The translations under genes were made by a program, and so were the position numbers. From assembly GCA_038046645.1 (NCBI GenBank), contig JBBSVU010000016.1:76098-99289 (forward strand): a stretch of DNA of 23,192 bases. The letters are read 5' to 3'. This document shows positions 7,096 through 16,919 of this stretch, in pieces. The stretch comes from an archaeon. GTDB taxonomy: Archaea > Iainarchaeota > Iainarchaeia > Iainarchaeales > 0-14-0-20-34-12. The notes beneath the pieces are model-generated. The model saw only the letters and a program-made list of their open reading frames with translations. It was not told the DNA's origin and did no database searches. The number at the start of each line of letters is the position of its first letter. The stretch's first letter is position 1.

Positions 7096-7776
7096 CTATG
7101 CAAAAGATTTGGGGGATTTTTTCTGATGGACAAGTTCAAATAAGACTTGATATGCCTTCAACAGATCTTTTTCTTCCACAAATATAAGCATCTCAGGCAC
7201 ACAGCTCATAATCTCATGCACATTTACATTATTGAGCATCAATTCAGTTGTCAGAACCAATACTATGCCAGGTGTTTTGACTGCATCATCATGCAAATGT
7301 ATATTTATTTCGGCAAGATCCTCCTGCATCTTTATTATTATTTTTTTTGGGATGACTTTGAGTGATTTTTCCAGATTTTTTTCGTCAATAATTATTTTGA
7401 TTGATTCTTCGCCCTGAACTATCCTAAGGGCTTCGCCGCGTTCAAAATTAATTATTGAAAAAAGTTCTGATATGGCTTCTTGCGCTTCCCTGCCCTTAAT
7501 CAGGGCTATATTTACAAAGTGGCTTCTTGTGGATATTGCTGACTGTGATACTATTGCCTTTGCGTGCTCAAATCTGTTTTTGAATGCACTATCCTTTGGA
7601 TATCTCCTAATTGCACTTATAATTGCATCCTCTGTGGGATACCCCCCCTTTTCAGCAAGTTGTTTTCCAATATGCCTTGCCAGTGCCCTGACATTGATAA
7701 GGTCGCGTTGCAGATCTAACTGAATGCTTGGGTCTTTTTCTATTATTTTCCATATTTCAAAGGATAAATTTGTCAT
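7096..7776 (-). CDS. ACT-domain protein, predicted regulator of amino-acid metabolism
   Basis: N-terminal DPSIQLDLQRDLINVRALARHI...AIISAIRRY and C-terminal ACT-like TPGIVLVLTTELMLNNVNVHEIMSCVPEMLIFVEEKD. Divergent from the ilvE-leu operon. ATG 7776 lies ~25 nt from a TATA box. Confidence 0.75.
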   Translation of the reverse strand: MTNLSFEIWKIIEKDPSIQLDLQRDLINVRALARHIGKQLAEKGGYPTEDAIISAIRRYPKDSAFKNRFEHAKAIVSQSAISTRSHFVNIALIKGREAQEAISELFSIINFERGEALRIVQGEESIKIIIDEKNLEKSLKVIPKKIIIKMQEDLAEINIHLHDDAVKTPGIVLVLTTELMLNNVNVHEIMSCVPEMLIFVEEKDLLKAYQVLFELVHQKKSPKSFA

Positions 7777-7882
7777 ATTTAACCTAAATATGCCAAAAGT
7801 ATTATAAAAATGACGTTTATGCCACAACGTATTAATAAACAGAAAAACAAGTTTGATACAAATACGGTTTAGCGTGATTAAA

Positions 7883-8755
7883 ATGGCAAAAGTAAATATG
7901 ACTGGCAGCTTAGTTGATGAATCAGAGGCAAAGATTTCTGTATTTGACCATGGCTTGCTTTATGGCGATGGCGTATTTGAAGGGATAAGGGTGTATAATA
8001 AAACAATTTTCAAGCTGGAGGATCATTTGGAAAGGTTATATGCTTCAGCTAAATCAATAAAGTTGAAAATGCCCATAGGTAAAGAAACATTCAAAAAAGA
8101 AGTGATCAGAACCTGTAAGGAAAATAATATTGCTAGTGGATATATTCGGGCAATAGTTACGAGAGGAATAGGCGATCTTGGGCTGAATCCTTATATCTGC
8201 AGTGGCCAGAGTTATATTATTATTGCTAAGGAAGTTGACCCTCTGTTAGGGGAAAAATCAATAGGGCAAGGGGTTGATGTAATAACTTCATCAGTCAGGC
8301 GTGTAAGCAATTGTGCTTTAAACATAAGGGCAAAAACCCTTAATTACCTTAATTCGGTTTTGGCTTTAGCACAGGCAATAGACCTTGGCAGGCAGGAAGC
8401 AATCATGTTCGGAGAACATGGTTATGCAACTGAGGGATCTGCGGACAATTTATTCATAGTAACAAAGGATACTGTTAAAACACCCGCTAGCCATTTAGGG
8501 ATACTTGAGGGAATAACAAGGAATACTGTTATTGAAATTTGCAAGGATATTGGTTATAGCATAGAAGAGGCATCTATCAGCATGTACGATATTCTTACTG
8601 CAGATGAACTTTTCCTAACAGGCACACTTGCAGAAATAGTGCCAGTAAGAAGTATTGATGGAAGAATAGTGGGAGACGGAAAACCAGGCAAGATTACTAA
8701 GACGATTGCGGAGCAATATAAAAAAGTGACACAAAAAGAAGGGGCGCATTACTGA
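7883..8755 (+). CDS. ilvE: Branched-chain amino acid aminotransferase (class IV PLP)
   Basis: ISVFDHGLLYGDGVFEGIR, PLP lysine in AKTLNYLN, EGSADNLF, ILEGITR and ADELFLTGT. ATG 7883 has a GTGAT RBS. Confidence 0.93.
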   Translation: MAKVNMTGSLVDESEAKISVFDHGLLYGDGVFEGIRVYNKTIFKLEDHLERLYASAKSIKLKMPIGKETFKKEVIRTCKENNIASGYIRAIVTRGIGDLGLNPYICSGQSYIIIAKEVDPLLGEKSIGQGVDVITSSVRRVSNCALNIRAKTLNYLNSVLALAQAIDLGRQEAIMFGEHGYATEGSADNLFIVTKDTVKTPASHLGILEGITRNTVIEICKDIGYSIEEASISMYDILTADELFLTGTLAEIVPVRSIDGRIVGDGKPGKITKTIAEQYKKVTQKEGAHY

Positions 8756-10308
8756 TGAAACAGTCTCCAGATAACTATAATTTTATTGCTGATGTGAGAG
8801 GCCGCATGGATTTACCTGATGCAGTATTTGTTTTCGATACTACCCTAAGGGATGGTGAGCAAACCCCGGGAGTTTCTTTATCCGGCGCTGAGAAGATGCA
8901 TATTGCCGAACAGTTGGATAAGCTTGGGGTAGCTGTGATCGAAGCAGGATTCCCAATAAATTCCAACCCTGAAAAAGAAATAGTGAAACAAATAGCCGCA
9001 GCAGGGTTTAAGAGCAAGATATGTGCACTTTCCAGGGTTGTTGAAAATGATATTGATGCTTGCATTGACTGTGATATTGACATTATTCATACTTTTATCT
9101 CAACATCCGACATCCATATCAAATACCAAATGGATACTACGAGGGAAGAGGTAAAAGAAAGGGCAATTAAGGCTGTTTCTTATATAAAAAACCAGGGATT
9201 TGAATGCCTATTTTCTCCAATGGATGCGACCAGGACGGATTTAACTTATTTAATTGAAGTTTGTGAAGCGGTTTCGCAGGCAGGAGCTGACAGGATAAAT
9301 ATACCTGATACAGTTGGGGTGATGAATCCGCAGGCAATGAAATATCTTGTTTCTAAATTGAAAAGTTCATTAAAGGTTCCTATTGAAGTACATTGCCATA
9401 ATGATTTTGGATTGGCAGTAGCAAATTCTTTAGCAGGGGTTGAGGCAGGAGCCTCTTATGTCCAAGTAACCGTTAATGGATTAGGGGAAAGGGCAGGCAA
9501 TGCAAGCCTAGAGCAAACTGTAATGGGCTTGGAGAGCCTTTATAATATAAAAACCGGGATTAAAACAGAAATGCTCACTGAAACATCTAAACTTGTTGAG
9601 CGCTTTACGTTCATAAATATGCCCCCTAACACGCCCCTTGTCGGAAAGAATGCTTTTACCCATGAATCCGGGATACATGCTGCTGCAGTGCTAAAGAGCA
9701 ATATGACTTTTGAACCAATTGTTGCAGAAAGTGTTGGCCAAAGAAGTAGGCTGGTAATGGGAAAACACACAGGAAAACACGCAGTAGAAGATACTTTAAA
9801 AGGGCTGGGCTATTCTGCAAATGAAAAACAAGTTGAACAAATAACCGTGCGCATAAAGGATCTTGCTGAGAAAAAGAAAAAAATATTTGAGGAGGATCTT
9901 GCAGCAATTGCTGATGAGGTTATCGGCAATTTCTCTAATGTTAAAGATAGGGTAATATTGGAAGAATTCAATGTTTTTACAAGCAATAAATTGAAGTCAG
10001 TGTCCAGTGTGATTCTTTCAGTAGACGGGATTAAAAAAATTGGAGTCTCAAGTGGCGTTGGTTCAGTAGATGCTGCAACAAAAGCAATATTGTCGGCAGT
10101 TCCCTTAGACATGAGCCTCAAGGAATATAATTTAAAGGCGGTAAGTGGGGGGACAGATTCCCTTGCCAATGTCTTAATACGCATTGCAGATAAGCAAAAA
10201 AATGAGTATCAGGCAGAGGCTGTGCATGAGGATATTGTGCTGGCTTCAATAAATGCCCTGATTAAAGGCATGAATAAAATCATGGCAAATAATTCTAAAC
10301 AAGGTTAG
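8755..10308 (+). CDS. leuA: 2-isopropylmalate synthase (LeuA/CimA family)
   Basis: FDTTLRDGEQTPG, HCHNDFG, GLGERAGN, HESGIH and a C-terminal regulatory domain. TGATG coupling to ilvE. LeuA is preferred over CimA from operon context only. Confidence 0.82.
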   Translation: MKQSPDNYNFIADVRGRMDLPDAVFVFDTTLRDGEQTPGVSLSGAEKMHIAEQLDKLGVAVIEAGFPINSNPEKEIVKQIAAAGFKSKICALSRVVENDIDACIDCDIDIIHTFISTSDIHIKYQMDTTREEVKERAIKAVSYIKNQGFECLFSPMDATRTDLTYLIEVCEAVSQAGADRINIPDTVGVMNPQAMKYLVSKLKSSLKVPIEVHCHNDFGLAVANSLAGVEAGASYVQVTVNGLGERAGNASLEQTVMGLESLYNIKTGIKTEMLTETSKLVERFTFINMPPNTPLVGKNAFTHESGIHAAAVLKSNMTFEPIVAESVGQRSRLVMGKHTGKHAVEDTLKGLGYSANEKQVEQITVRIKDLAEKKKKIFEEDLAAIADEVIGNFSNVKDRVILEEFNVFTSNKLKSVSSVILSVDGIKKIGVSSGVGSVDAATKAILSAVPLDMSLKEYNLKAVSGGTDSLANVLIRIADKQKNEYQAEAVHEDIVLASINALIKGMNKIMANNSKQG

Positions 10309-10318
10309 GTGTGTTCCT

Positions 10319-11416
10319 ATGGTGGAAAAAAATATTGCTGTTTTACCTGGAGATGGAATAGGGTCGGAGATTACAAGAGAGGCAATCAAAATCATTGATG
10401 CAATCTCAGATAAATATGATCATATCTTTCATTTTCAATATGCTGATTTTGGCGGTGCCGCCTATGACAAGTATGGTAATCCTTTTCCAGAACAAACAAA
10501 AAAAATCTGTGATACTTCGGATGTAATCTTAAAAGGGCCAGTGGGCGCACCCAAATATGACTCAATTAAAGATCCGAATTTAAGGCCGGAACGTGGTGGA
10601 GTGCTTCAGTTTAGGGCAAGGTATAATATGTTTGCAAACTTTCGGCCGGTAAAACTTCCGCAATCATTATTATCTTTTTCTCCACTCAAGCTAGAGAGGG
10701 TTTCTTCAGGCCTTGATATTATGATAATACGTGAACTTTGCGGAGGCATATATTTTGGAAAAAAATATACTGGAAAAACAGAAGAAGGGCATAGTTATGC
10801 TTCAGATGTGATGGAATATGCTGAACCCCAGGTTGAGCAGATAGCAAGGGTGGCTTTTGCTGAGGCAGAAAAAAAACATTCAAAACTGCATAACATACAT
10901 AAATCAAATGTACTTGCGTGCAGTGTGTTTTGGAATGATATAATTGACAGAGTGCACGTAACTGAATTTCCTGATGTTTTGTTAGAGCATATGCTTGTAG
11001 ACAATGCCGCTTATCAATTAGTCATTAATCCTTGCCAATTTCAGGTAATGCTTATGGAAAATATGATGGGGGATATCCTTAGTGATGAGGCTGCCGGCCT
11101 TATTGGCTCATTAGGGTTAATGCCATCAGCATGTATTGGCCCGAAAAAATCATGCTTTGAACCAGCCCATGGCTCAGCGCCATCAATAGCAGGGAAAAAT
11201 CAAGCCAATCCTTATTCGATGATAGGGAGTGTTGCCCTTATGCTGGAAAAAGCCTTTTCTCTCCAAAATGAGGCTGATGATATTTGGCGTGCTTTATTTG
11301 AGGTATTATCCGAGGGGTATTATACTATGGACTTAATGGATAATCCGAATACAAATAAAACCGTTGTTTCAACTAGGGAATTTGGGAGTCTTGTCAGGGA
11401 ATCAATTTTAGGTTAG
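10319..11416 (+). CDS. leuB: 3-isopropylmalate dehydrogenase
   Basis: [39 protein letters not shown] and EPAHGSAP. Confidence 0.95.
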   Translation: MVEKNIAVLPGDGIGSEITREAIKIIDAISDKYDHIFHFQYADFGGAAYDKYGNPFPEQTKKICDTSDVILKGPVGAPKYDSIKDPNLRPERGGVLQFRARYNMFANFRPVKLPQSLLSFSPLKLERVSSGLDIMIIRELCGGIYFGKKYTGKTEEGHSYASDVMEYAEPQVEQIARVAFAEAEKKHSKLHNIHKSNVLACSVFWNDIIDRVHVTEFPDVLLEHMLVDNAAYQLVINPCQFQVMLMENMMGDILSDEAAGLIGSLGLMPSACIGPKKSCFEPAHGSAPSIAGKNQANPYSMIGSVALMLEKAFSLQNEADDIWRALFEVLSEGYYTMDLMDNPNTNKTVVSTREFGSLVRESILG

Positions 11417-11432
11417 GTTTCTGGTGGCAAAA

Positions 11433-12845
11433 ATGTCTAAAGATACTTTATTGGATAAGATTTGGAAGCTTCACACTGTGAAGGAATTGCCTACAGGGCA
11501 GACCCAATTATTCATAGGTCTGCATTTAATTCATGAAGTTACAAGCCCACAGGCTTTTAGCGTGTTAAAAGAGACCAGTTTAAAAGTTGCTTTTCCAGAG
11601 AGAACATTTGCCTCAGTAGACCATATTGCACCTACGACTTCTTTGCATAGGCCGCTTAAAGATCCGATGGCTGAAAAAATGTTAGTGGCCCTTGAGAGGA
11701 ATGTGAAAGAATCCGGGATTAGGTTTTTCAATTTAGGCAATAAAAATAACGGCATTATCCATATAATAGGGCCAGAATTGGGTATTATCCAGCCAGGAAT
11801 GACCATTGCTTGTGGAGACAGCCACACAAGTACGCATGGTGCTTTTGGAGCTCTTGCTTTTGGAATAGGAACAAGCCTGGTTAAGGATGTGTTAGCTACT
11901 CAGACCATTGCAATAACAAAACCAAAAGTAAGAAAAGTAATTATTAATGGTAAAATACCAAAAGGAGTCTATGCTAAAGACATAATCCTTAAAGTAATAC
12001 AGAGGTTAGGGATTAATGGAGGCATAGGTTATGCTTATGAATATTCGGGCAAAACTGTTGAGCAGATGACTATGGAAGAAAGAATGACTTTGTGCAATAT
12101 GAGTATTGAAAGCGGGGCAATTATAGGATATGCAAATCCAGATAAGACAACCTTTAATTATCTTAAAGGAAGAGAATTTGCTCCAACCGGAATTGCTTTT
12201 GAAAAAGCTGTTGCATATTGGAAGTCTATCGCATCATCTTCCAATGCTTGCTATGATGATATTGTAAAAATAGACATATCTGCATTGGAACCTATGGTAA
12301 GTTGGGGTATCAATCCCGGCCAGTCAATAGGAATATCCGAAACTATTCCTCATCCTGATGAATTGCCTGAAGAAGCCAGGGAAAGTGCCAATCTCGCATA
12401 TGGACATATGGGATTTGCTCCGGGCCAGAAGTTGGAAGGAATAAAAATAGATGCCGCTTTCATCGGATCTTGCACTAATGGGCGTATTTCCGACTTTAAG
12501 GAAATTGCAAAGATTGTGAAGGGTAAAACTGTCGCAAAGGGCGTAAGAGCCATTATTGTTCCAGGGTCTAAAGAAGTAAAGAGGCAGGCTGAGAAAGAAG
12601 GCCTTGATAAAATTTTCATTGGTGCTGGATTTGAATGGAGAAGCCCTGGCTGTTCCCTTTGTATAGGGATGAATGGAGACAAACTAAATGGCAACGAAAT
12701 TTGCGCATCTTCATCTAATAGGAATTTTATAGGGAGACAAGGCAGCCCAAAAGGAAGGACAATTTTAATGAGTCCGGCGATGGTTGCAATTGCGGCCATA
12801 AACGGAAAGATAACTGATGTACGGAAACACTGGGGAATTAAATGA
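11433..12845 (+). CDS. leuC: 3-isopropylmalate dehydratase large subunit
   Basis: [41 protein letters not shown] and [13 protein letters not shown] 11433 has a GGTGG RBS. Confidence 0.96.
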   Translation: MSKDTLLDKIWKLHTVKELPTGQTQLFIGLHLIHEVTSPQAFSVLKETSLKVAFPERTFASVDHIAPTTSLHRPLKDPMAEKMLVALERNVKESGIRFFNLGNKNNGIIHIIGPELGIIQPGMTIACGDSHTSTHGAFGALAFGIGTSLVKDVLATQTIAITKPKVRKVIINGKIPKGVYAKDIILKVIQRLGINGGIGYAYEYSGKTVEQMTMEERMTLCNMSIESGAIIGYANPDKTTFNYLKGREFAPTGIAFEKAVAYWKSIASSSNACYDDIVKIDISALEPMVSWGINPGQSIGISETIPHPDELPEEARESANLAYGHMGFAPGQKLEGIKIDAAFIGSCTNGRISDFKEIAKIVKGKTVAKGVRAIIVPGSKEVKRQAEKEGLDKIFIGAGFEWRSPGCSLCIGMNGDKLNGNEICASSSNRNFIGRQGSPKGRTILMSPAMVAIAAINGKITDVRKHWGIK

Positions 12846-13450
12846 ATGCTTTTAAGATAGATAAAATAAAAGGCCGATGCATACCCCTGCACGGCAATAA
12901 TATAGATACTGACAGGATACTTCCGGCAAGATTCCTGAAGGAAATAACCTTTGAGAATATGGGCAAATACTTATTTTATGATGAGCGATTTGATGGCATG
13001 GGAAATCCAAAGTGGCATATATTTAATGATCCAAAATTTTCTGGTAGTTCCATCCTAATAGTAAACAGTAATTTTGGGTGCGGCTCTTCAAGAGAACATG
13101 CAGCTCAGGCACTTAAAAGATTTGGCATAGCTGCAATAATCGGGGAATCATTTTCAACAATCTTTGCCTCAAATTGTCTTTCTCTAGGCATTCCTGCCCT
13201 AAAATTATCTTCTTTTGTTATCGAGTCAATTATGAAGTTAATTGAAGATAATCCCGCCCTGGAGTTGCATATTTCAATTTCTGAAAAAACTATTACTTTC
13301 GGAGATGAAAAAATAATATTTAATATCCCGTCTGATGTTGGGAAGATGCTTTTAACCGGTAATTGGAATTCAACAGAAATGTTATTGGATAATATCGGGT
13401 TGATTAAGATCACTGCTGCGAAATTGCCATATATAAATAATTTTAAGTAG
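12842..13450 (+). CDS. leuD: 3-isopropylmalate dehydratase small subunit
   Basis: [14 protein letters not shown] and [15 protein letters not shown] overlap with leuC. Confidence 0.96.
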   Translation: MNAFKIDKIKGRCIPLHGNNIDTDRILPARFLKEITFENMGKYLFYDERFDGMGNPKWHIFNDPKFSGSSILIVNSNFGCGSSREHAAQALKRFGIAAIIGESFSTIFASNCLSLGIPALKLSSFVIESIMKLIEDNPALELHISISEKTITFGDEKIIFNIPSDVGKMLLTGNWNSTEMLLDNIGLIKITAAKLPYINNFK

Positions 13451-13578
13451 CATGGGCATTTGTTGGGCTTGGCTTGTCTGCATAGCTTTTTTTGTATATG
13501 TGCTATTTTTCTTCTTGAACAAGCAGGGAAGATTTTAAAAGGCATTATTGATCCTTTACTATATTATAAGAGCTAATT

Positions 13579-13680
13579 GCAGGGTTACCGTAGCGGCCTA
13601 CCGGGCAAGGTTGAGGAATTTTAATAATGCAAAAGCCTTGTGGCTTAGTGCCTTCGGGGGTTCGAATCCTCCACCCTGCA
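13579..13680 (+). tRNA. tRNA-Leu(GAG) with 18-nt intron (13617-13634)
   Basis: Acceptor GCAGGGT/ACCCTGC plus discriminator A. Anticodon stem CAAGG/CCTTG with loop TT-GAG-G|G. Variable arm present. T arm GGGGG-TTCGAAT-CCTCC. Relaxed BHB (TTGA/GCAA, ATT/AAT). TATA TTTTAAAA ~40 nt upstream. Confidence 0.93.
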
Positions 13681-13772
13681 TTCCTGCTCAACCAGAGTTC
13701 CCCAACTTTACAGCATGATTATGCCGTAATCTACAACAAGCCATAAATAGTTCATAAAGAGGTAACCTAGTA

Positions 13773-14380
13773 ATGAACGGAAAAATAAAGTGTGTTTTTC
13801 TTTGCGTCATCTAGAAGCGGCTAAGCTATTCACAAAAAGAGCTCGTGAGATAGAATATTCTAACGACGCTGTGGCTCCTAATGTCCAGAAAGAACATGAT
13901 GCGTATGTAACCGCTGCTATCTTAGCTTCTGTGGCATTCTTGGAAGCACGGATAAATGAATTATTCTCTGATATTTGTGATAATGAATTGTGGGATATTG
14001 CTTCAGGCGCTGAGAAAAATAGAAAGCACCTAAAACAGATGTTTGGTTTTGTACCAAGTAAAAAAACTATGGAACACATAAAGCAAATGGAAACCTTATT
14101 AGAATTAAAAGAGAAACAATTTCCAGTTCTAAAAAAATATAATTTGTTGCTAGAATTGGCTGGAAAAAAACAATTTGATAAAGGTGCTAATCCATATCAA
14201 GACGCAGATTTACTAATTACCTTGCGTAATCGCTTAGTGCATTACAAACCAGAATGGATACCTATTGAAGGTTCCCACGAAGTTGAAAAACAGCTGAAAA
14301 GTAAATTTGAACCAAATCGCTTAATGGTAAAAGCAAAAAATCCTTTTTTCCCTAATAAATGTTTGGGATATGGTTGCGCT
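13773..14380 (+). pseudogene. HEPN-like (Rx4H) protein gene, probably frameshifted near its start and truncated at the 3' end
   Basis: AFLEARINE and LRNRLVHYKP (RNxxxH at 14225-14242). The ATG with a GAGGT RBS (13773) is out of frame with the long ORF and stops at 13814. After KCLGYGCA (14380) the translation reads like antisense of another gene start. Confidence 0.6.
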
Positions 14381-14494
14381 TCGCGGGAAAGTGGGAATGA
14401 TTTTCGTATTACTGCCTTTAAGCACATGCCTTGCTGTGCTCTTCTGGGCTTGCATTTGATTGGGCCTTTTCCTTGGAACTTTTGCAATTCCCAT
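14321..14494 (-). pseudogene. 5' remnant of a convergent gene with a basic N-terminus
   Basis: MGIAKVPRKRPNQMQAQKSTARHVLKGSNTKIIPTFPR.., with a GTGGT RBS and a TTTAAGTA box (~14549-14556) upstream. It runs into the HEPN gene at ~14380. Confidence 0.4.
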
Positions 14495-14595
14495 ATTACC
14501 ACTTTTTTATCCTGAACTATGTTCTCATTATACTTTATGCCCGTATATTACTTAAATTCTTCTCTGCCATAATTTATTGTGTTGTCCTGAATTAA

Positions 14596-14916
14596 TTTCC
14601 CTTTTGTGTTTTTGTTTGTAGTAATGTTTTTTTAGATACAATCAAAAAATATTTCGATACTCTCGAATCTGCTTTGAATGTGAAAACCAAAGACTGGTTT
14701 GATATGCTTATAACTCTAGATAAAGGGGTGATATGTAAGAACGAAAATTATTCTGATCTCTCATTAGGAAGAACGGAAGAATATATCTGTGAACCCAGAT
14801 TGAAGAAAAATTCTTTGCTTATTTTTTATCTCACTATGATGAGACATTTATCCAGAAATTCCGGGTTAACTGTTTATGACTTCTCGAAATATGTTGATAA
14901 ATTTAACTTAGAGTGA
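14596..14916 (+). pseudogene. C-terminal gene remnant (possibly DUF6602-like)
   Basis: The frame is open from 14596 with no convincing start: ..CVFVCSNVFLDTIKKY..FDMLITLDKGVI..NSLLIFYLTM..YDFSKY. The family resemblance is from memory only. Confidence 0.35.
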
Positions 14917-15000
14917 TTAAACTATTCTCTTGGTATACTACTATTTTATTTTTTAGCAGCCTTTTTCTCTCAGAACAACCCTCACGCTTTTGACATAGTT

Positions 15001-15072
15001 CTTTGTCATATAACTTAACTACATGACAAAAGATAGCTTTTAATACTTTGTCATATAAACTAATTACATGAC
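15001..15072 (+). promoter_or_regulatory. Two 27-bp direct repeats, each an inverted repeat GTCAT-N13-ATGAC, flanking a TATA box
   Basis: CTTTGTCATATAACTTAACTACATGAC (15001-15027) and CTTTGTCATATAAACTAATTACATGAC (15046-15072) are 24/27 identical. TTTTAATA lies at 15038-15045. The second copy covers ATG 15068. Confidence 0.8.
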
Positions 15073-15673
15073 CGGTATCACATTCGGAAAGGAAACTGAA
15101 AAAATAAGAAAAATAGTTCATAAGTCTATGCCAGCTTTGGCTATTATTGTTTGGGATTTGACCCCATTCATGTCTTTGCTTCACAATTGGAGAAAGAACA
15201 TAATTTTCATTGAATGCAATCGGGTAGCAGTAGATTCGCTTGTAGAACTTTTGGCAAAGGAATATCCTAGTTATGAAATTTACGCAGGAATAAAAAAACC
15301 CATTCTCAGAGTAAGATTAGTGGAAAAAGAAGCCAGCGTAGTCATCATTGCCAGAGAAGGAAAAACCAGAAGAGAAATTGAAGGCAAACATCCAAAACTT
15401 GAAAAATGCCTGGTTGATCTTCTTTATTATTCTGAAAAAGGACTTTTATCCATTTCATTGCATGATATCATTGATCTTTGGGAGCATTACCTGACAAATA
15501 CTGATCTTGTCAAATTTAATGAACTATATAGGTATTCTCTCAGAAGATATCTGGGATGGTTCGTTAGCATCTTTGCATATAAACTTTCCAAGAAAGCAAC
15601 CCTCAGGATTGACGAACGCCATTTCAAAAGTGGAATGAAAAATCTTGAGCTGATACAGCTGGTGAGCGAGTGA
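15068..15673 (+). CDS. Putative AbiEi-type antitoxin (DUF6577-like)
   Basis: IIVWDL..FMSLLH..IIFIEC and PKLEKCLVDL, as in AbiEi C-terminal domains. GTGA overlap with the downstream NTase gene. Confidence 0.62.
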   Translation: MTGITFGKETEKIRKIVHKSMPALAIIVWDLTPFMSLLHNWRKNIIFIECNRVAVDSLVELLAKEYPSYEIYAGIKKPILRVRLVEKEASVVIIAREGKTRREIEGKHPKLEKCLVDLLYYSEKGLLSISLHDIIDLWEHYLTNTDLVKFNELYRYSLRRYLGWFVSIFAYKLSKKATLRIDERHFKSGMKNLELIQLVSE

Positions 15674-16650
15674 ACAAAGAGTTTGAAAGACGAAGCAAGG
15701 AAGTTTTCGAAGTTCTCTCAATACTAGTGAAAATCGATAAACGCATAATCTTTCTCGGTGGCAGCGCTATTCAAGCAACTTTACCTGAACAGAAAAGACT
15801 GAGCATTGATTTGGATATTTCATATTCGGATGAAATAGATAAACTTATCCGTGGACTTGAGAATGCAGGTTATGTTGTTCTAAAACGAAAAAGTCGTAAT
15901 CCCATTTTTGTTTTTTACACAGTTACAAATAAGGATGTCATGGTAAAACTCGACATAACTCGTTTGTCAATTACCGAAACAGAAAAAAGACTTATTAAGG
16001 ATTTTGAAGTTCTATTGCCTACGCAACGTTATTTTCTTGCATCGAAGTTGTCCTCTCTTGCTTTTGGAACAATAGGTAGGCTGGCAGAAGAGCAATCCCA
16101 GATTATGAAAGATATCTTCGATATTAATTGTCTTCTTGATAACGAGCCGAGTTTGGAGAAGATGAAAGAAGATTGGCACAAGATTATCTCTGATCAAAAT
16201 AGGCTCAGAAATACAAACCACAAAGAGGTTCAATGCGCCGAAGATGTTCAAAAGACACTGTTAAAATGTATTGACGCTGTTCCTTTCCCATCATTTTTCA
16301 TAACTCAGAATTCACTCGGAAGTTTTCAGGATACCTTGGTAAAGGGCAAGGTGCTGCGTCAGGATCTAGCAACTATGTCAGCCAGGGCATTATTACTTTT
16401 AGCTAATATGGACAGCAATTTCTATGAATTCGAAGCACGTGTTTTATCTGGTGCAACCGACCCTAAAAAACTAGAAGAAGCTGAAAAAGTATTGCTGGCA
16501 AAACATATCACTAATGCGGATCAGTTACGTACTTTGAAGTTAATTGTTCCCAGGGCATTACTCTACTTATTTTATTGGATAAGAAAAAGGAGAGGGGATG
16601 ATCCAGTTACCACAAATACGGAAGGTGCGCATAATTCACGCTATTCTTGA
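15670..16650 (+). CDS. AbiEii/AbiGii family nucleotidyltransferase toxin
   Basis: IIFLGGSAI..KRLSIDLDIS, LASKLSSL and MKDIFDI motifs. Confidence 0.85.
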   Translation: MNKEFERRSKEVFEVLSILVKIDKRIIFLGGSAIQATLPEQKRLSIDLDISYSDEIDKLIRGLENAGYVVLKRKSRNPIFVFYTVTNKDVMVKLDITRLSITETEKRLIKDFEVLLPTQRYFLASKLSSLAFGTIGRLAEEQSQIMKDIFDINCLLDNEPSLEKMKEDWHKIISDQNRLRNTNHKEVQCAEDVQKTLLKCIDAVPFPSFFITQNSLGSFQDTLVKGKVLRQDLATMSARALLLLANMDSNFYEFEARVLSGATDPKKLEEAEKVLLAKHITNADQLRTLKLIVPRALLYLFYWIRKRRGDDPVTTNTEGAHNSRYS

Positions 16651-16824
16651 GAGCAATCTTTTTAAACTTCTCCTCTTAGAACAGCACTCACGTTTACGAA
16701 CTGAAAATTGGCGTTTGTAGGTATCTGCATATTCGTGCTTATACAAGCGTTTTTACGTTGGTGGAGAACTGAATCCAGCCAGATGGACACTTCCCCTGTA
16801 CTCCTATTTCTTTCTTTTCCTTTT

Positions 16825-16846
16825 TGGTGGGGGCAGGATTTAAACT
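16825..16846 (-). other. Isolated tRNA 3'-end-like fragment (possible att scar)
   Basis: The minus strand reads AG-TTTAAAT-CCTGC-CCCCACC-A: T loop, 5-nt T stem, 7-nt acceptor strand and discriminator. No 5' half is adjacent. Confidence 0.45.
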
Positions 16847-16919
16847 AATGTTTTCCTACTGCTAAAAATATCAGGCATATTCCTAATATAAACAGTTTTG
16901 TTGTTTTTATATTATTAAT

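Noticed and set aside
13655..13680. attL/attR duplication of the tRNA-Leu 3' end
   Set aside because: No second copy was seen in the window.
13773..13795. Programmed -1 frameshift at the start of the HEPN-like gene
   Set aside because: There is no in-frame X XXY YYZ heptamer or evident stimulatory structure. Mutation or sequencing error is simpler.
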